Source: an uncultured Arcobacter sp.
GTDB taxonomy: Bacteria > Campylobacterota > Campylobacteria > Campylobacterales > Arcobacteraceae
Length of the DNA stretch: 64,000 nucleotides
NCBI GenBank assembly: GCA_965140705.1
Contig: OZ223301.1
Location: forward strand, 274,490-338,489
Direction: 5' to 3'
The stretch's first letter is position 1. The number at the start of each line of letters is the position of its first letter. The position numbers were made by a program, and so were the translations under genes. Positions 30,047 to 40,764 of the stretch are shown in pieces. The notes under the pieces were generated by a model. It saw only the letters and a list, made by a program, of their open reading frames with translations, did no database searches and was not told where the DNA came from.

Positions 30047-32311
30047 TTATGAATTTAATTGCTTAGCAACTAATTCATTTACCACTTGTGGATTTGCTTT
30101 CCCACCTGTAGTTTTTAGAACTTGTCCTACAAAAAATCCTAGAAGTTTTGTATTTCCAGCTTTGTATTTTTCTACGTTGTCTGGATTTTTTGCGATGATT
30201 TCATCTATAATTGGTAAGATAATGCTTGGGTCACTTATTTGTACAAGCCCTTTATCTTCAACTATTTTTTTAGGGTTATCTCCTGATTTATTCATCTCTT
30301 CAAATACTTGTTTTGCAATTTTACTTGAGATAGTTTCATCATCTACCATTTTAACAAGCTGTGCTATTTGAGAAGCTGTAAATTTTAGTTCACTTAGCTC
30401 TTTCTCTTTTAACTCTTTTGCCACATCATTTGCCACAATATTTGCTAGTGCAATAGGACTGTTTAATTCTGATAATGCTTCTTCATAAAATGATGAAAGA
30501 ACTTCATCCCTTGCTAAGATATTTGCAAGCTCATTATTTAGTTTAAACTTAGAGGTGTATTTATCAAAAAGTACTTTTTGTTCTTCATTTAAAGCTTGGG
30601 CTTCACCATGTACTACTTCCTTTTTCACTTCTTGTTTAGGTGTAGGTTTAGGCGCATTTTCAGTTGTTTTTGCTTTTTTTGCCCAAGAATCTTTTAGTCC
30701 AACTATTTTATTAAATACTGGTTTTTCATTTGTATAATCAATAGGGTCAGCATAAAAATAACCTTGTCTTTCAAATTGAAATCTTTCATCTGCTTTTTCA
30801 GTGATAACAGCAGGTTCTATAAGAGCATTTTTGATGATTTGTAAAGAGTCTGGATTTAAATCTTCTAGACCTTCTGGAGCTTCATTTTTATATAATCTAT
30901 CATAAAGTCTTACTTCTATTTGTTTTGCTTCTTTTGCATCAACCCATTGTATTGCACTTTTTACTTTGATACCACTTGTATCTTGTCCACTTTTAGAATT
31001 AGGATTATATTGGGCTTTTATCTCTATGATATTTCCATTTGTATCTTTTATTACTTCTTTACAAGTTATTATATAGGCATGTCTAAGTCTTACTGCTTGA
31101 TTTGGAGTTAATCTATTATAGCCTTTTACTGGATTTTCACTAAAATCTTCTCTTTCTATATAAACTTCATTTGAGAAAGGTATTTTTCTTGAACCCTCTT
31201 TAGGAACATCATGTGGATAGTATGAAGCTTCAATGCTTTCACTTCCCTCATAGTTTTCAATGGTAACTTTTATTGGGTCAAGTACACACATAACTCTTGG
31301 TACTTTTTGGTTTAAATCATCTCTAATACAAAATTCAAGTTGTGATACATCAACCATAGAGTTTGCCTTTGCAATACCTATTTGGTCACAGAAGTTTAAA
31401 ATAGACTCAGGTGTATATCCTCTTCTTTTATATCCAGCAATTGTTGGCATTCTTGGATCATCCCAACCACTTACATATTTGCCTTCTACTAGTTCTAGAA
31501 GTTTTCTTTTACTCATAACTGTATAATTGATACCAAGTCTTGCAAATTCATGTTGGTATGGTCTTGGTGGTTTTAAATTAAGATTATCAAGTACCCAATC
31601 ATAAATCTCACGATTGTTTTCAAATTCAAGTGTACAAATAGAGTGTGTAACTCCTTCAATATAATCAGATAGACAATGGGCAAAATCATACATAGGATAA
31701 ACATACCATTCATCACCAGCTCTATAGTGGTGGGCATGTCTGATTCTGTATAAAAGAGGGTCTCTCATTTTCATATTTGCTGCGCTCATATCAATCTTAG
31801 CTCTTAAGATATGTTCTCCATCTTTGAACTCACCCTTTTTCATTCTCTCAAAAAGGTTTAAGTTTTCTTCAATAGAACGTTCAGCATATTTACTTCTTTT
31901 TCCAGCTTGTGTGACAGTTCCTCTATATTCTCTTATCTCTTCTTCATTTAAACTATCAACATAGGCTTTACCCATTTTGATAAGCTCAATAGCATAGTCA
32001 TAAATTCGTGGAAAATAATCAGAAGTATAATACTCAGTCTCTCCCCATTCAAAGCCTAACCATTTTACAGCATCTTTTAGTGCATCAACATATTTTGTAT
32101 CTTCTTTAGTTGGATCAGTATCGTCCATTCTTAGGTTACAGTGACCACCAAAGTCTCGTGCAATACCAAAATTTATACAAATAGATTTAGCATGTCCTAT
32201 ATGTGGGAAACCATTAGGCTCAGGGGGAAATCTTGTAACTACTTTTTCGTATTTGCCTGATTTTAAGTCTTCTTCAACTTTGACTCGTAAAAAATCTTTG
32301 TGCTCACTCAT
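30047..32311 (-). CDS. glnS: Glutamine--tRNA ligase with C-terminal YqeY domain
   Basis: TRFPPEPNG-HIGH, HSICTLEF, MSKRK, FQFERQGYF. Tail KLLGFFVGQVLKTTGGKANP is GatB/YqeY-like. Confidence 0.96.
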   Translation of the reverse strand: MSEHKDFLRVKVEEDLKSGKYEKVVTRFPPEPNGFPHIGHAKSICINFGIARDFGGHCNLRMDDTDPTKEDTKYVDALKDAVKWLGFEWGETEYYTSDYFPRIYDYAIELIKMGKAYVDSLNEEEIREYRGTVTQAGKRSKYAERSIEENLNLFERMKKGEFKDGEHILRAKIDMSAANMKMRDPLLYRIRHAHHYRAGDEWYVYPMYDFAHCLSDYIEGVTHSICTLEFENNREIYDWVLDNLNLKPPRPYQHEFARLGINYTVMSKRKLLELVEGKYVSGWDDPRMPTIAGYKRRGYTPESILNFCDQIGIAKANSMVDVSQLEFCIRDDLNQKVPRVMCVLDPIKVTIENYEGSESIEASYYPHDVPKEGSRKIPFSNEVYIEREDFSENPVKGYNRLTPNQAVRLRHAYIITCKEVIKDTNGNIIEIKAQYNPNSKSGQDTSGIKVKSAIQWVDAKEAKQIEVRLYDRLYKNEAPEGLEDLNPDSLQIIKNALIEPAVITEKADERFQFERQGYFYADPIDYTNEKPVFNKIVGLKDSWAKKAKTTENAPKPTPKQEVKKEVVHGEAQALNEEQKVLFDKYTSKFKLNNELANILARDEVLSSFYEEALSELNSPIALANIVANDVAKELKEKELSELKFTASQIAQLVKMVDDETISSKIAKQVFEEMNKSGDNPKKIVEDKGLVQISDPSIILPIIDEIIAKNPDNVEKYKAGNTKLLGFFVGQVLKTTGGKANPQVVNELVAKQLNS

Positions 32312-32423
32312 TATTATTAAACCTTTTAAATAAACTTCGTTTTGATGTTGAAACTATTTTTAGGGCTGTATTTTATCAAATTAGTGCTTATATAAAGAGT
32401 ATAAATTTTTAGGCTTTTTTTAG

Positions 32424-32455
32424 TAGTGTAAAATTACCTTGATAATTTTACACTA
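32424..32455 (-). terminator. Hairpin/terminator after the SDR gene
   Basis: TAGTGTAAAATTA...TAATTTTACACTA 13-bp stem. Confidence 0.7.
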
Positions 32456-32461
32456 AGCTTA

Positions 32462-33235
32462 TCAATTTTTTCTATGTACCAAATATGAATTTCTTTGTGA
32501 AATAGGAGTTATATCTAGGTATTGGATATTTACATTTTTAGGTGTATTGAGTACATGAATGATGGTATGTGAAATATCTTTTGCCCTTAATGGTTCATAA
32601 CCTTTATATACTAAGTCTACTTTCTCTTTATTTCCTTTGAAACGTACATTTGAAAAGTTTGTTTTTGTAGCTCCTGGTGCTATATTTGTCACTTTTACAT
32701 TTGTTCCTAATAAATCTATGTTCATAGCCTCACTTAGTGTTTTAACAGCAGATTTTGTAGCACAATAGACATTTCCACCTGGATAGGTTAATTTTCCAGC
32801 TTGAGAACCAATATTAATTATATGGGCTGTTTCTAATTGTCTCATTTGAGGAATAATAACTTTACTCACATAAAGCAATCCCTTGATATTTGTATCAATC
32901 ATTCTTTCCCAATTCTCAATATCTCCCTCATCAATTTTTTCATTTCCTAGGGCTAAACCTGCATTGTTAATGAGAATATCTACACTTGTTTTTTGAAGAA
33001 TTTTTTTTAATTTTTTATCGACAACATCTTTTTTTCTAACATCTATACTTTCAATTGTAACCTTTATTTTGCTTTTTTCTAAGATTTTATTTTGAAGCTT
33101 TTGAAGTTTTTTTAAATCACGTCCAATTAAAATAAGATTTAAATTCATCTTCGATAAATCAAGGGCTAATTGCTTACCTATTCCAGAAGTAGCTCCCGTA
33201 ATAAGAGCAGTTTTGTTTTTTATGTAGTTTTTCAT
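32462..33235 (-). CDS. Short-chain dehydrogenase/reductase (YdfG-like)
   Basis: TGATSGIG, NNAGLALG, YPGGNVYCATK. Confidence 0.92.
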   Translation of the reverse strand: MKNYIKNKTALITGATSGIGKQLALDLSKMNLNLILIGRDLKKLQKLQNKILEKSKIKVTIESIDVRKKDVVDKKLKKILQKTSVDILINNAGLALGNEKIDEGDIENWERMIDTNIKGLLYVSKVIIPQMRQLETAHIINIGSQAGKLTYPGGNVYCATKSAVKTLSEAMNIDLLGTNVKVTNIAPGATKTNFSNVRFKGNKEKVDLVYKGYEPLRAKDISHTIIHVLNTPKNVNIQYLDITPISQRNSYLVHRKN

Positions 33236-33411
33236 TATCAAACCTTTCTCTTTTTGTATATTGTATAATATTATTATTTTGCATATATTATTAAGGTAAA
33301 AGTGTAAAATAAGATTATGACTATAAGGCTTTTATTACTTATTAGGTCTAAACACAATACCAACAATAAAAAACTATAATTATTAACTATATAATTTAAT
33401 CAAGGTAAGAG

Positions 33412-33906
33412 ATGAAAGAAAAAATAAGAAAATATTTAAAAGAGTGTATTATAATCGTATTGATGCTGATTATAGCTATGAATGGTATCAGTTATTATAA
33501 AGCACTTGATTTAAATAAAGGTAGATTAGATATAAATACTTTCACTCTTCTTGATGGAAAAACTTATAATATACCTAAGGACAAACCAATACTTATTCAT
33601 TTTTGGGCCTCATGGTGTCCTATTTGTAAACTTGAAGCTACAAATATAGAAAAAATCTCTAAAGAGTATGAGGTAATAACTATAGCAGTTCAATCTGGAA
33701 GTAAAGAAGAGATACAAAAGTATTTAAAGGATAATAAACTCACCTTTAAGGTTGTAAATGATGAAGATGGATTTTATTCTCAAAAGTTTAATATCAAAGG
33801 TTTCCCTACAACATTTATTTATAATAAAGACAAAAAACTAAGATTTAGTGAAGTAGGGTACACAAGTACAATTGGTCTTTATATTAGAATGTTATTATCT
33901 TTTTAA
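33412..33906 (+). CDS. Membrane-anchored thioredoxin-like (TlpA/redoxin) protein
   Basis: N-terminal TM helix, HFWASWCPICK, GFPTTF. Confidence 0.9.
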   Translation: MKEKIRKYLKECIIIVLMLIIAMNGISYYKALDLNKGRLDINTFTLLDGKTYNIPKDKPILIHFWASWCPICKLEATNIEKISKEYEVITIAVQSGSKEEIQKYLKDNKLTFKVVNDEDGFYSQKFNIKGFPTTFIYNKDKKLRFSEVGYTSTIGLYIRMLLSF

Positions 33907-34054
33907 TATCTAATAATTAAAATATTTAACACAAAATATCTTCTTCGTTTCTTACATAAATTAGATTATTTTTTTAATAATTTATTAAAAGATTATATAA
34001 TATATTTTATCAAAAGAAAAAAATTATCTTTTAGATAATTAGAGGGGATAAAAT

Positions 34055-35221
34055 ATGGTTATAAGAGAGAGTTCAAAACAAGTACAAACTACTAAGTCTT
34101 TTCAACACAAAACTGAAAAGTGGCTAAATAGCAAAATAAAAGAATCTGGTATAAATTTAAATGGAAATTCAAATTGTGATCCTAAGATTTATAATTTTAA
34201 ATTTTATTCTAGAGTTATCAGAGATGGTTCATTGGGCTTAGGTGAATCATATGTTGATGGCTGGTGGGATTGTAAAAATCTTGATGAAATGATATGTAAA
34301 TTATTGATTTCTAATATGGAAGATAAAGTAAAGGGTAAATTTATACATATAAAAAATAATCTTTTGGCAAGAATAATCAATATGCAATCAATCAATCGAG
34401 CTTTTGAAGTAGCTCATAAACATTATGATGTGGGAAATGAATTATATGAAAATATGTTAGATGAAACTATGAGTTATTCATGTGGATATTGGAAAAATTC
34501 TAATAATCTACTGGAAGCTCAGAATGCAAAGCTAGATTTAGTATGTAAAAAACTTCAATTAAAAGATAATGAAGATATTTTAGAAATAGGTTGTGGGTGG
34601 GGTAGTTTTGCTCACTTTGCAACTAAAAATTATAATGTAAAAGTAAAAGGTGTGACTGTTTCATCAGAACAAAAGAAGTTTATAGAACAAAGGTATCCAA
34701 ATGAACCAATAGATGTGCAATTGATGGATTATAGAGATATAAGTGGAATATATGATAAGGTTGTATCTATTGGTATGTTTGAGCATGTTGGAGAGAAAAA
34801 TTATGATATATATTTTAAAACTGCATTTGAACATATGAAAGACGATGGAATCTTTGTTTTACATACTATTGGAAGTGATTTACCAAAAATAGGAACTGAT
34901 GCTTGGATACATAAATATATATTTCCAAATGGACAAATTCCTTCAATATCACAAATTAGTAAGAGTTGTGAAGAGTACTTTGTAATTGAAGATATTCATA
35001 ATTTTGGTTTAGATTATGATAAAACACTTATGGCATGGTTTGAAAATTTTGATAAAGTTTGGCCAAAATTAAAAAAAGATTATGATGATAGATTTTATAG
35101 AATGTGGACATATTATTTAAAAAGCTGTGCTGGTGCATTTAGGAGTAGAAAGTTACAATTATTTCAAGTAGTATTAAGAAAAAGGTTAAAGCCGCTAAAT
35201 AAATATAATTCTGTTAGATAG
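34055..35221 (+). CDS. cfa: Cyclopropane-fatty-acyl-phospholipid synthase
   Basis: GSLGLGESYVDGWW, HYDVGN, YSCGYW, LEIGCGWG, SIGMFEHVG, FYRMWTYYL. Confidence 0.95.
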   Translation: MVIRESSKQVQTTKSFQHKTEKWLNSKIKESGINLNGNSNCDPKIYNFKFYSRVIRDGSLGLGESYVDGWWDCKNLDEMICKLLISNMEDKVKGKFIHIKNNLLARIINMQSINRAFEVAHKHYDVGNELYENMLDETMSYSCGYWKNSNNLLEAQNAKLDLVCKKLQLKDNEDILEIGCGWGSFAHFATKNYNVKVKGVTVSSEQKKFIEQRYPNEPIDVQLMDYRDISGIYDKVVSIGMFEHVGEKNYDIYFKTAFEHMKDDGIFVLHTIGSDLPKIGTDAWIHKYIFPNGQIPSISQISKSCEEYFVIEDIHNFGLDYDKTLMAWFENFDKVWPKLKKDYDDRFYRMWTYYLKSCAGAFRSRKLQLFQVVLRKRLKPLNKYNSVR

Positions 35222-35267
35222 CAAGATTCGGATTGTAAATTTTTGTTTTAAATAATATACTTTTATT

Positions 35268-36098
35268 ATGAATAAACTAGAAGAAAAAAGCAAATACTAC
35301 GAAGATATTAAAAAAGCTATTGAATATTTTGATGAAAACTACTCTTTTCAACCAAACTTGGATGAGGTAGCTAAATATGTAGGAATGAGTAAACATCATT
35401 TTTCAAGAATATTTAAAGAGTATGTGGGAGTAACTCCCATGCAGTTTTTACAAGCAACTACTTTTTCTTATGCAAAAGAGAAACTTCTTAATTCTAAATC
35501 TATACTTGATACTTCTATTGATTTGGGATTATCAAGTTCTAGTAGACTACATGAACTCTTTGTTAATTTTATAGGAGTGACACCAAATGAATACAAAAAA
35601 ATGGGTGAAAATCTTGATATAACTTATGGTTTGGGATTTTCGACTTTTGGTAAAACTATGATTGCAAGTACTAAAAAAGGCGTATGTGCTTTGGAGTTTT
35701 ATGATGATAGTTGTGCTGAGGTTTTAAAGAGACTCAAATCCTCTTGGGAGAGTGCAAATTTTATCCAAGATGATAAAAAAGCTCAAGAGTTATTGGATAA
35801 AATTTTTATTAATAATGAAAAAACAGATATTTTTATAAAAGGAACAAATTTTCAAATAAATGTTTGGAAAGCACTATTCAATATTCCCAAAGGTAAAGTT
35901 TTAAATTATTCAGATATAGCAAATTTACTTGGTAAACCAAAAGCAGTAAGAGCAGTAGCAAGTGCAATTGGAGTAAATCATATTGCTTATTTAATCCCTT
36001 GTCATAGAGTTATTTCAAAAAGTGCAACAATGGCTGGATATAGATGGGGAATAGAAAGAAAAAGAGTTATATTAGCGTATGAAGAAGTAGAAGATTAA
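35268..36098 (+). CDS. ada: Ada-like AraC HTH / O6-methylguanine-DNA methyltransferase
   Basis: AraC HTH (HFSRIFKEYVGVTP), GTNFQINVW, active site IPCHRV. No N-terminal Zn-binding domain. Confidence 0.88.
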   Translation: MNKLEEKSKYYEDIKKAIEYFDENYSFQPNLDEVAKYVGMSKHHFSRIFKEYVGVTPMQFLQATTFSYAKEKLLNSKSILDTSIDLGLSSSSRLHELFVNFIGVTPNEYKKMGENLDITYGLGFSTFGKTMIASTKKGVCALEFYDDSCAEVLKRLKSSWESANFIQDDKKAQELLDKIFINNEKTDIFIKGTNFQINVWKALFNIPKGKVLNYSDIANLLGKPKAVRAVASAIGVNHIAYLIPCHRVISKSATMAGYRWGIERKRVILAYEEVED

Positions 36099-36137
36099 GC
36101 ATCTTTATAAAGTTTAATCTTCTATCTCTTTTTTAGA

Positions 36138-38261
36138 TTATTTATAAGAAAAATGTTTTCTTAATTTAGTATTTTCTTTACCTTCGAACTCTTTATTTTG
36201 TGCATCATTGATAATCTCTTTTGCCAATGAGTCAGTTTCTATTGCAATAGTATTTGTTTTTGATGCAATAGAAGCATTTTGTTGTGTTTGCTGGTCAAGT
36301 TGATTTATTGCATCATTTATTTGTTTAATACCAACCTCTTGTTCTTTACTAGATATTGAAATATCATTGATTTTTTTTGTTGCATTCTCGATATTTACTA
36401 ACAATAAATTATACCCTTCAATCATATTAGTACTAATGCCTTTACCTTCATTTGTTTTAGTTGTAGCATTTTCTACTAATGATTTTATCTCTTTTGCAGC
36501 TTCAGCACTTCTTGAAGCTAAGTTTCTAACCTCTTGTGCTACAACTGCAAATCCTTTTCCTGCTTCTCCAGCTGTTGCTGCTTCAACTGCTGCATTTAGA
36601 GAAAGAATATTTGTCTGGAAAGCTATTTGATCAATGATTGTAATTGCTTCATTTATCATTGTAACTTGTGTTGTAATCTCTTCCATTGCTTTTGCTGTAT
36701 TTGATGCTTGGGCTTGACCTTGTTTTGCAGAGTCAGTTAAATTAGTAGCAAAGTTATTCATTTCAACAATATTTTGAGCATTGCTTATAATTGTACTTGT
36801 AATCTCTTCTAAGGCAGCAGCAGTCTCTTCTAACGAGGCAGCTGCTGATGTTGAAGAGTTATTTAATGTATGAACATTAGATATTAAAGTATTTGATGAA
36901 TCTCCTAACGTTAAACCAATCTCCAAAGATTTTTTAAGAAGTTCAGAGATACTATCTCCTAGGCTATTTACCCCTCTAGCAAGTTTTTCTAGGTGAGCTT
37001 TCTTATTATCTATAGAAACTTTTGTTTTATAATTAGAATTTGAATAATCAGACATTACTTTTAATATGTCATCGATATTCCTTTCTAAATGTATACTCAT
37101 ATTATTCATGATAGATGTTAGTTCATTTAATGAAGGATTTGATGATTTCTGATTGATTTTTGGAGTAAAATCACCTTCTTCATAACTTTTTAATATATTA
37201 ATTGAATTATTAATAAGATCTCTATCTTCTTCCATCTCTTTTTCAATAAGTTTGATTTGTTTGTTAATAACTTCTGCCATTTGACCAATTTCATCTTTTG
37301 AATCAACTTCTAATGGAATTACAGAGTTAACCTCTCTACTTAAATATTTGAAAAAGTTAAATAAACCATCTTTAAAAGTTTCAATATTTTTTACGATAGA
37401 TTTAACAGTTATTATAGAGAAAAATGCAATAACAATTATAAATATTACTCCAATTATAATTAAGAGTTTTTCTAAAGCTTTTATTTTTGATTTTACCTCA
37501 CTACTAACATAAGTTGCTAGTTTTTTTAGTATATCTTCAGTTTGGTGAATTGTTTGTCTCATATCACCTTGAATTCCTTGTTTACTAGTTAATCCTATTA
37601 GTTCTTCTGCTTTAACTAGAGCTAAGAAGTCATTTTTGTAATTATTTAAATCCGTAGAAATATTTTCAGTAATAAATTCTTTAGTAAGTAATTTGTCAAT
37701 CTTCTCTTTAAAATTATTAACATATTTTAAATTACGTCTAAGCATAAAATCTTTTTCTTGTTTTCTTAAGTCATATACCATAGATAATAATTCATGATTT
37801 TTGGTTTTTTTAGCGCTATCTTGTACGCTATGAACACTATTTCTTAAACTTCCATATAATCCCATTTTTTCATTGAGTCCAATTTCAACTTGTGATTTTA
37901 CAAAACTAGAAAACTTAGATTGATAATCAACTATTACTTTTTTGAAGTTTTCCACATATTTTGTATCAAAATCATCTTCAGCTAAGTTAGATTCTAAGGA
38001 TTTGATATGTGAGTTTATTACTGAAATATTTTTATTAAATTTATCTACATAACTCATATCTTTACGAAGAATAAAATCTTTTTCATTTCTTCTAAGCATC
38101 AACATATCAGATTTTAATATTTCAATTATTATTTTACCTTCATCTAGTTTTTCAATTTTTATTGATGATAAATAAAAAAATGAAAGAAAAAATATTAATC
38201 CCACTATACTGATTATTGTTGAAATTATAAGTTTCATTTTTATACTTAGTTTACTAAACAT
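36138..38261 (-). CDS. Methyl-accepting chemotaxis protein with HBM-like bimodular sensor domain
   Basis: Two TM helices, periplasmic repeats [12 protein letters not shown] and [12 protein letters not shown], signalling tip [37 protein letters not shown]. Confidence 0.95.
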   Translation of the reverse strand: MFSKLSIKMKLIISTIISIVGLIFFLSFFYLSSIKIEKLDEGKIIIEILKSDMLMLRRNEKDFILRKDMSYVDKFNKNISVINSHIKSLESNLAEDDFDTKYVENFKKVIVDYQSKFSSFVKSQVEIGLNEKMGLYGSLRNSVHSVQDSAKKTKNHELLSMVYDLRKQEKDFMLRRNLKYVNNFKEKIDKLLTKEFITENISTDLNNYKNDFLALVKAEELIGLTSKQGIQGDMRQTIHQTEDILKKLATYVSSEVKSKIKALEKLLIIIGVIFIIVIAFFSIITVKSIVKNIETFKDGLFNFFKYLSREVNSVIPLEVDSKDEIGQMAEVINKQIKLIEKEMEEDRDLINNSINILKSYEEGDFTPKINQKSSNPSLNELTSIMNNMSIHLERNIDDILKVMSDYSNSNYKTKVSIDNKKAHLEKLARGVNSLGDSISELLKKSLEIGLTLGDSSNTLISNVHTLNNSSTSAAASLEETAAALEEITSTIISNAQNIVEMNNFATNLTDSAKQGQAQASNTAKAMEEITTQVTMINEAITIIDQIAFQTNILSLNAAVEAATAGEAGKGFAVVAQEVRNLASRSAEAAKEIKSLVENATTKTNEGKGISTNMIEGYNLLLVNIENATKKINDISISSKEQEVGIKQINDAINQLDQQTQQNASIASKTNTIAIETDSLAKEIINDAQNKEFEGKENTKLRKHFSYK

Positions 38262-38391
38262 TTTAATCCTTCTTTATATTAATGTTAAATTAATACAATC
38301 TGAATTTAACATTAAATATCTTATAGCTAAATTTAAAAAATAGATTAGATAAATAAAGAAAAATAAATTTTAGGTATCATAGAGAAAGAAA

Positions 38392-38417
38392 ATCCAGTTA
38401 ATAATTTTTAACTGGAT
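38392..38417 (-). terminator. Hairpin after the 33-aa ORF
   Basis: ATCCAGTTAA...TTAACTGGAT 10-bp stem. Confidence 0.6.
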
Positions 38418-38443
38418 AATTCCTATTTTAAGTTCAAATATTA

Positions 38444-38545
38444 TTATTTTGAAGCTTTTTTAGCCTTTTTGTCAGCTCTTTTTTCTTTTAATGATTTTGC
38501 AGGTTCTGTTTTAACAGATTTCTGTACATCTTTTCCTTTTGCCAT
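38444..38545 (-). CDS. Small lysine-rich protein, 33 aa (not in the ORF track)
   Basis: MAKGKDVQKSVKTEPAKSLKEKRADKKAKKASK, AAGGA RBS, double TAA stop, downstream hairpin. Confidence 0.75.
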   Translation of the reverse strand: MAKGKDVQKSVKTEPAKSLKEKRADKKAKKASK

Positions 38546-38769
38546 TTTAGTTCCTTTCTTTAAGTTATTAGTTCAGTATATCTTAATAGACTAAATAAAG
38601 TATTGTGAAAAATATCTAATAAGTATTTTAAAAAATTTCATCACCATTTAAGAGAAAATTAATTAGAATACTAATACCTAAGTTTAAGTTTATTCCAAGG
38701 TTTGGAACGACAATATTATTATAATTGTCTTAGCTACTTTATTTGGAAACTATTATTTTAAGGTTTTTT

Positions 38770-39321
38770 ATGCTTCGAAGTAAACGAATCCTTCTTTTAA
38801 GTCATTGTTTATTTAATGTAAATGCAAAGGTCTATAAACTTGCAAACTATGAAGGCTGCTTTGAGTCTCTTCTTTCTCCTTTGATGAAAGCTGGTTATGG
38901 TTTTATTCAACTTCCTTGTCCTGAACTAATTACTTGTGGTGTTAATCGATGGGGACAAGTAAAAGAACAATATGAAACTGAGTTTTTTAAAGAACAGTAT
39001 AAATCCTTATTAAAATCAATTATCTTTCAACTTCTTGATTATAAAAATAATGGTTACACAATTTCAGGCTGTATAGGTATTGATGGTAGTCCTAACTGTG
39101 GCATAACAAAAACATCTCGTGGAAAATGGGGTGGAGAAATAGATGATACATTTAACTTAGAAGAAACCTTATCTTCTACAAGAAGTGTCAATGAAAAGGG
39201 TGTTTACATGGAGGTCTTTTCTGAACTTTTGGATAGAAATAATTTAAACTTAAAATTTTATGCTGTAGATGAAGCAGACCCAAGTTCATCAGTAGAGAAT
39301 ATATTAAAGGAACTTTTATGA
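38770..39321 (+). CDS. DUF523/TudS-related (CD3072-like) Fe-S desulfidase family protein
   Basis: SHCLFNVN, IQLPCPE, GIDGSPNCG cysteine motifs. ATG at 38770 after AAGG. Confidence 0.8.
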   Translation: MLRSKRILLLSHCLFNVNAKVYKLANYEGCFESLLSPLMKAGYGFIQLPCPELITCGVNRWGQVKEQYETEFFKEQYKSLLKSIIFQLLDYKNNGYTISGCIGIDGSPNCGITKTSRGKWGGEIDDTFNLEETLSSTRSVNEKGVYMEVFSELLDRNNLNLKFYAVDEADPSSSVENILKELL

Positions 39322-40043
39322 AAAAAATTATTGCAGTTGTTTTATTGGCATTTGGTATTTTTGCCCATGCCCAAAAAGATAGTATTACAGTTGGACTTTG
39401 TGCTGCTTATCCTCCATTTGAATCAAGAGATGAAATGAGTGGAAAAATTGTTGGTTTTGATATTGACTTAGCCAAAGAAATAGGAAAAGTTATAAACAAA
39501 AAAATAGTGATTAAAGATGCTGAATGGCAAGCATTACTTGGTGGATTAAAAAACAATAATTTTGATGTTATTATAAGTGCTATGAGTCGTCAAGAAGCAG
39601 GAGCAAATAATGTGAATCTTTCTGATACTTATTATTTGTTAAATGATGTACTTGTTGTTAGAAAAGATGATAAAAGTATAAAATCAAAAGAAGATTTAAA
39701 AGGTAAAAGTGTTGGTGTTCAACTAGGTAGTGGAAGTGAGCAAATAGTTGATAAATTAAATGATTTAGGAAAAGTGGCAAGATATAATTACAATCCAGAA
39801 GCTTTTTTAGATTTAAAACATAAAAGAATTGATGCTGTTGTAGTAGGTTATGCATATGCATTGACTCAAAAAGATTTTAACAAAGAATACAAAATAGTTG
39901 ATAATTTAGCTCCATCTCAATTGGTTGCTGTAATGAAAAAAGGCAATGACTCTTTAACAAAAGAGATAAATAGTGCTTTAAAAACACTAAAAGATAATGG
40001 AACTTATGACAAACTAGTTAAAAAATGGTTGGCAGTAAAATAA
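39318..40043 (+). CDS. Polar amino acid ABC transporter substrate-binding protein
   Basis: Signal peptide, YPPFE, GFDIDLAKEI, GTYDKLVKKW. Confidence 0.92.
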   Translation: MKKIIAVVLLAFGIFAHAQKDSITVGLCAAYPPFESRDEMSGKIVGFDIDLAKEIGKVINKKIVIKDAEWQALLGGLKNNNFDVIISAMSRQEAGANNVNLSDTYYLLNDVLVVRKDDKSIKSKEDLKGKSVGVQLGSGSEQIVDKLNDLGKVARYNYNPEAFLDLKHKRIDAVVVGYAYALTQKDFNKEYKIVDNLAPSQLVAVMKKGNDSLTKEINSALKTLKDNGTYDKLVKKWLAVK

Positions 40044-40697
40044 GTGAATTTTAATGTAGTATATGAAAACCTAGGATTTTTACTAGAAGCTTCATGGCTG
40101 ACAATATATTTGTCTTTTGTCTCTTTTGTGATAGCTTTTTTTATTGGCTTGATTATTGGGACATTGAAAAGTTTTAAAATACCTAAAGTAATTAATTCTA
40201 TTTTTTCAATCTACATTGAGATATTTAGAGGAACACCACTTCTAATACAACTTTTTTTTATATATTATGGTTTACCTCAAATTGGCATTACAATGTCAAG
40301 TCATGAAGCTGCAATAATAGGATTATCTCTAAATTTTGGTGCATACATGTCTGAAATTGTTCGTTCTGGAGTAACTTCCATAGAAAAAGGACAGTATGAA
40401 GCTGCAAAATCTCTGGGATTGAGTCCTTTGCATATGTTATTTTACATTATATATCCTCAAGCTTTGCGTATTGTTTTACCCTCTATTACAAATTCATATG
40501 CAGCGATTCTAAAGGATAGTTCATTAGTCTCAGTTCTTTCAATAACAGAGTTGACAAGAGCTGGTCAATTGATTTATGTGAGAACCTATGAACCCTTTGA
40601 AATATATCTTACTCTTGGTGTATTTTATTTTATCATGACTTATTTAGTTGCAATTTTTTCAAAATATCTTGAAAAAAGAATGAATTATTCTTTTTAA
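40044..40697 (+). CDS. Polar amino acid ABC transporter permease
   Basis: FRGTPLLIQLF, AYMSEIVRSG, GQYEAAKSLG (EAA motif), LKDSSL. Confidence 0.93.
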   Translation: MNFNVVYENLGFLLEASWLTIYLSFVSFVIAFFIGLIIGTLKSFKIPKVINSIFSIYIEIFRGTPLLIQLFFIYYGLPQIGITMSSHEAAIIGLSLNFGAYMSEIVRSGVTSIEKGQYEAAKSLGLSPLHMLFYIIYPQALRIVLPSITNSYAAILKDSSLVSVLSITELTRAGQLIYVRTYEPFEIYLTLGVFYFIMTYLVAIFSKYLEKRMNYSF

Positions 40698-40764
40698 AAC
40701 TTAACTAAATATTAAAATAATACTTAAGTATAATAGTTTAATAATTATTTAGGTAATATTCTTT

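Noticed and set aside
37700..38110. Internal repeat in the MCP (two EKDF..R motifs) as a novel duplication
   Set aside because: Expected for bimodular HBM-type sensor domains.
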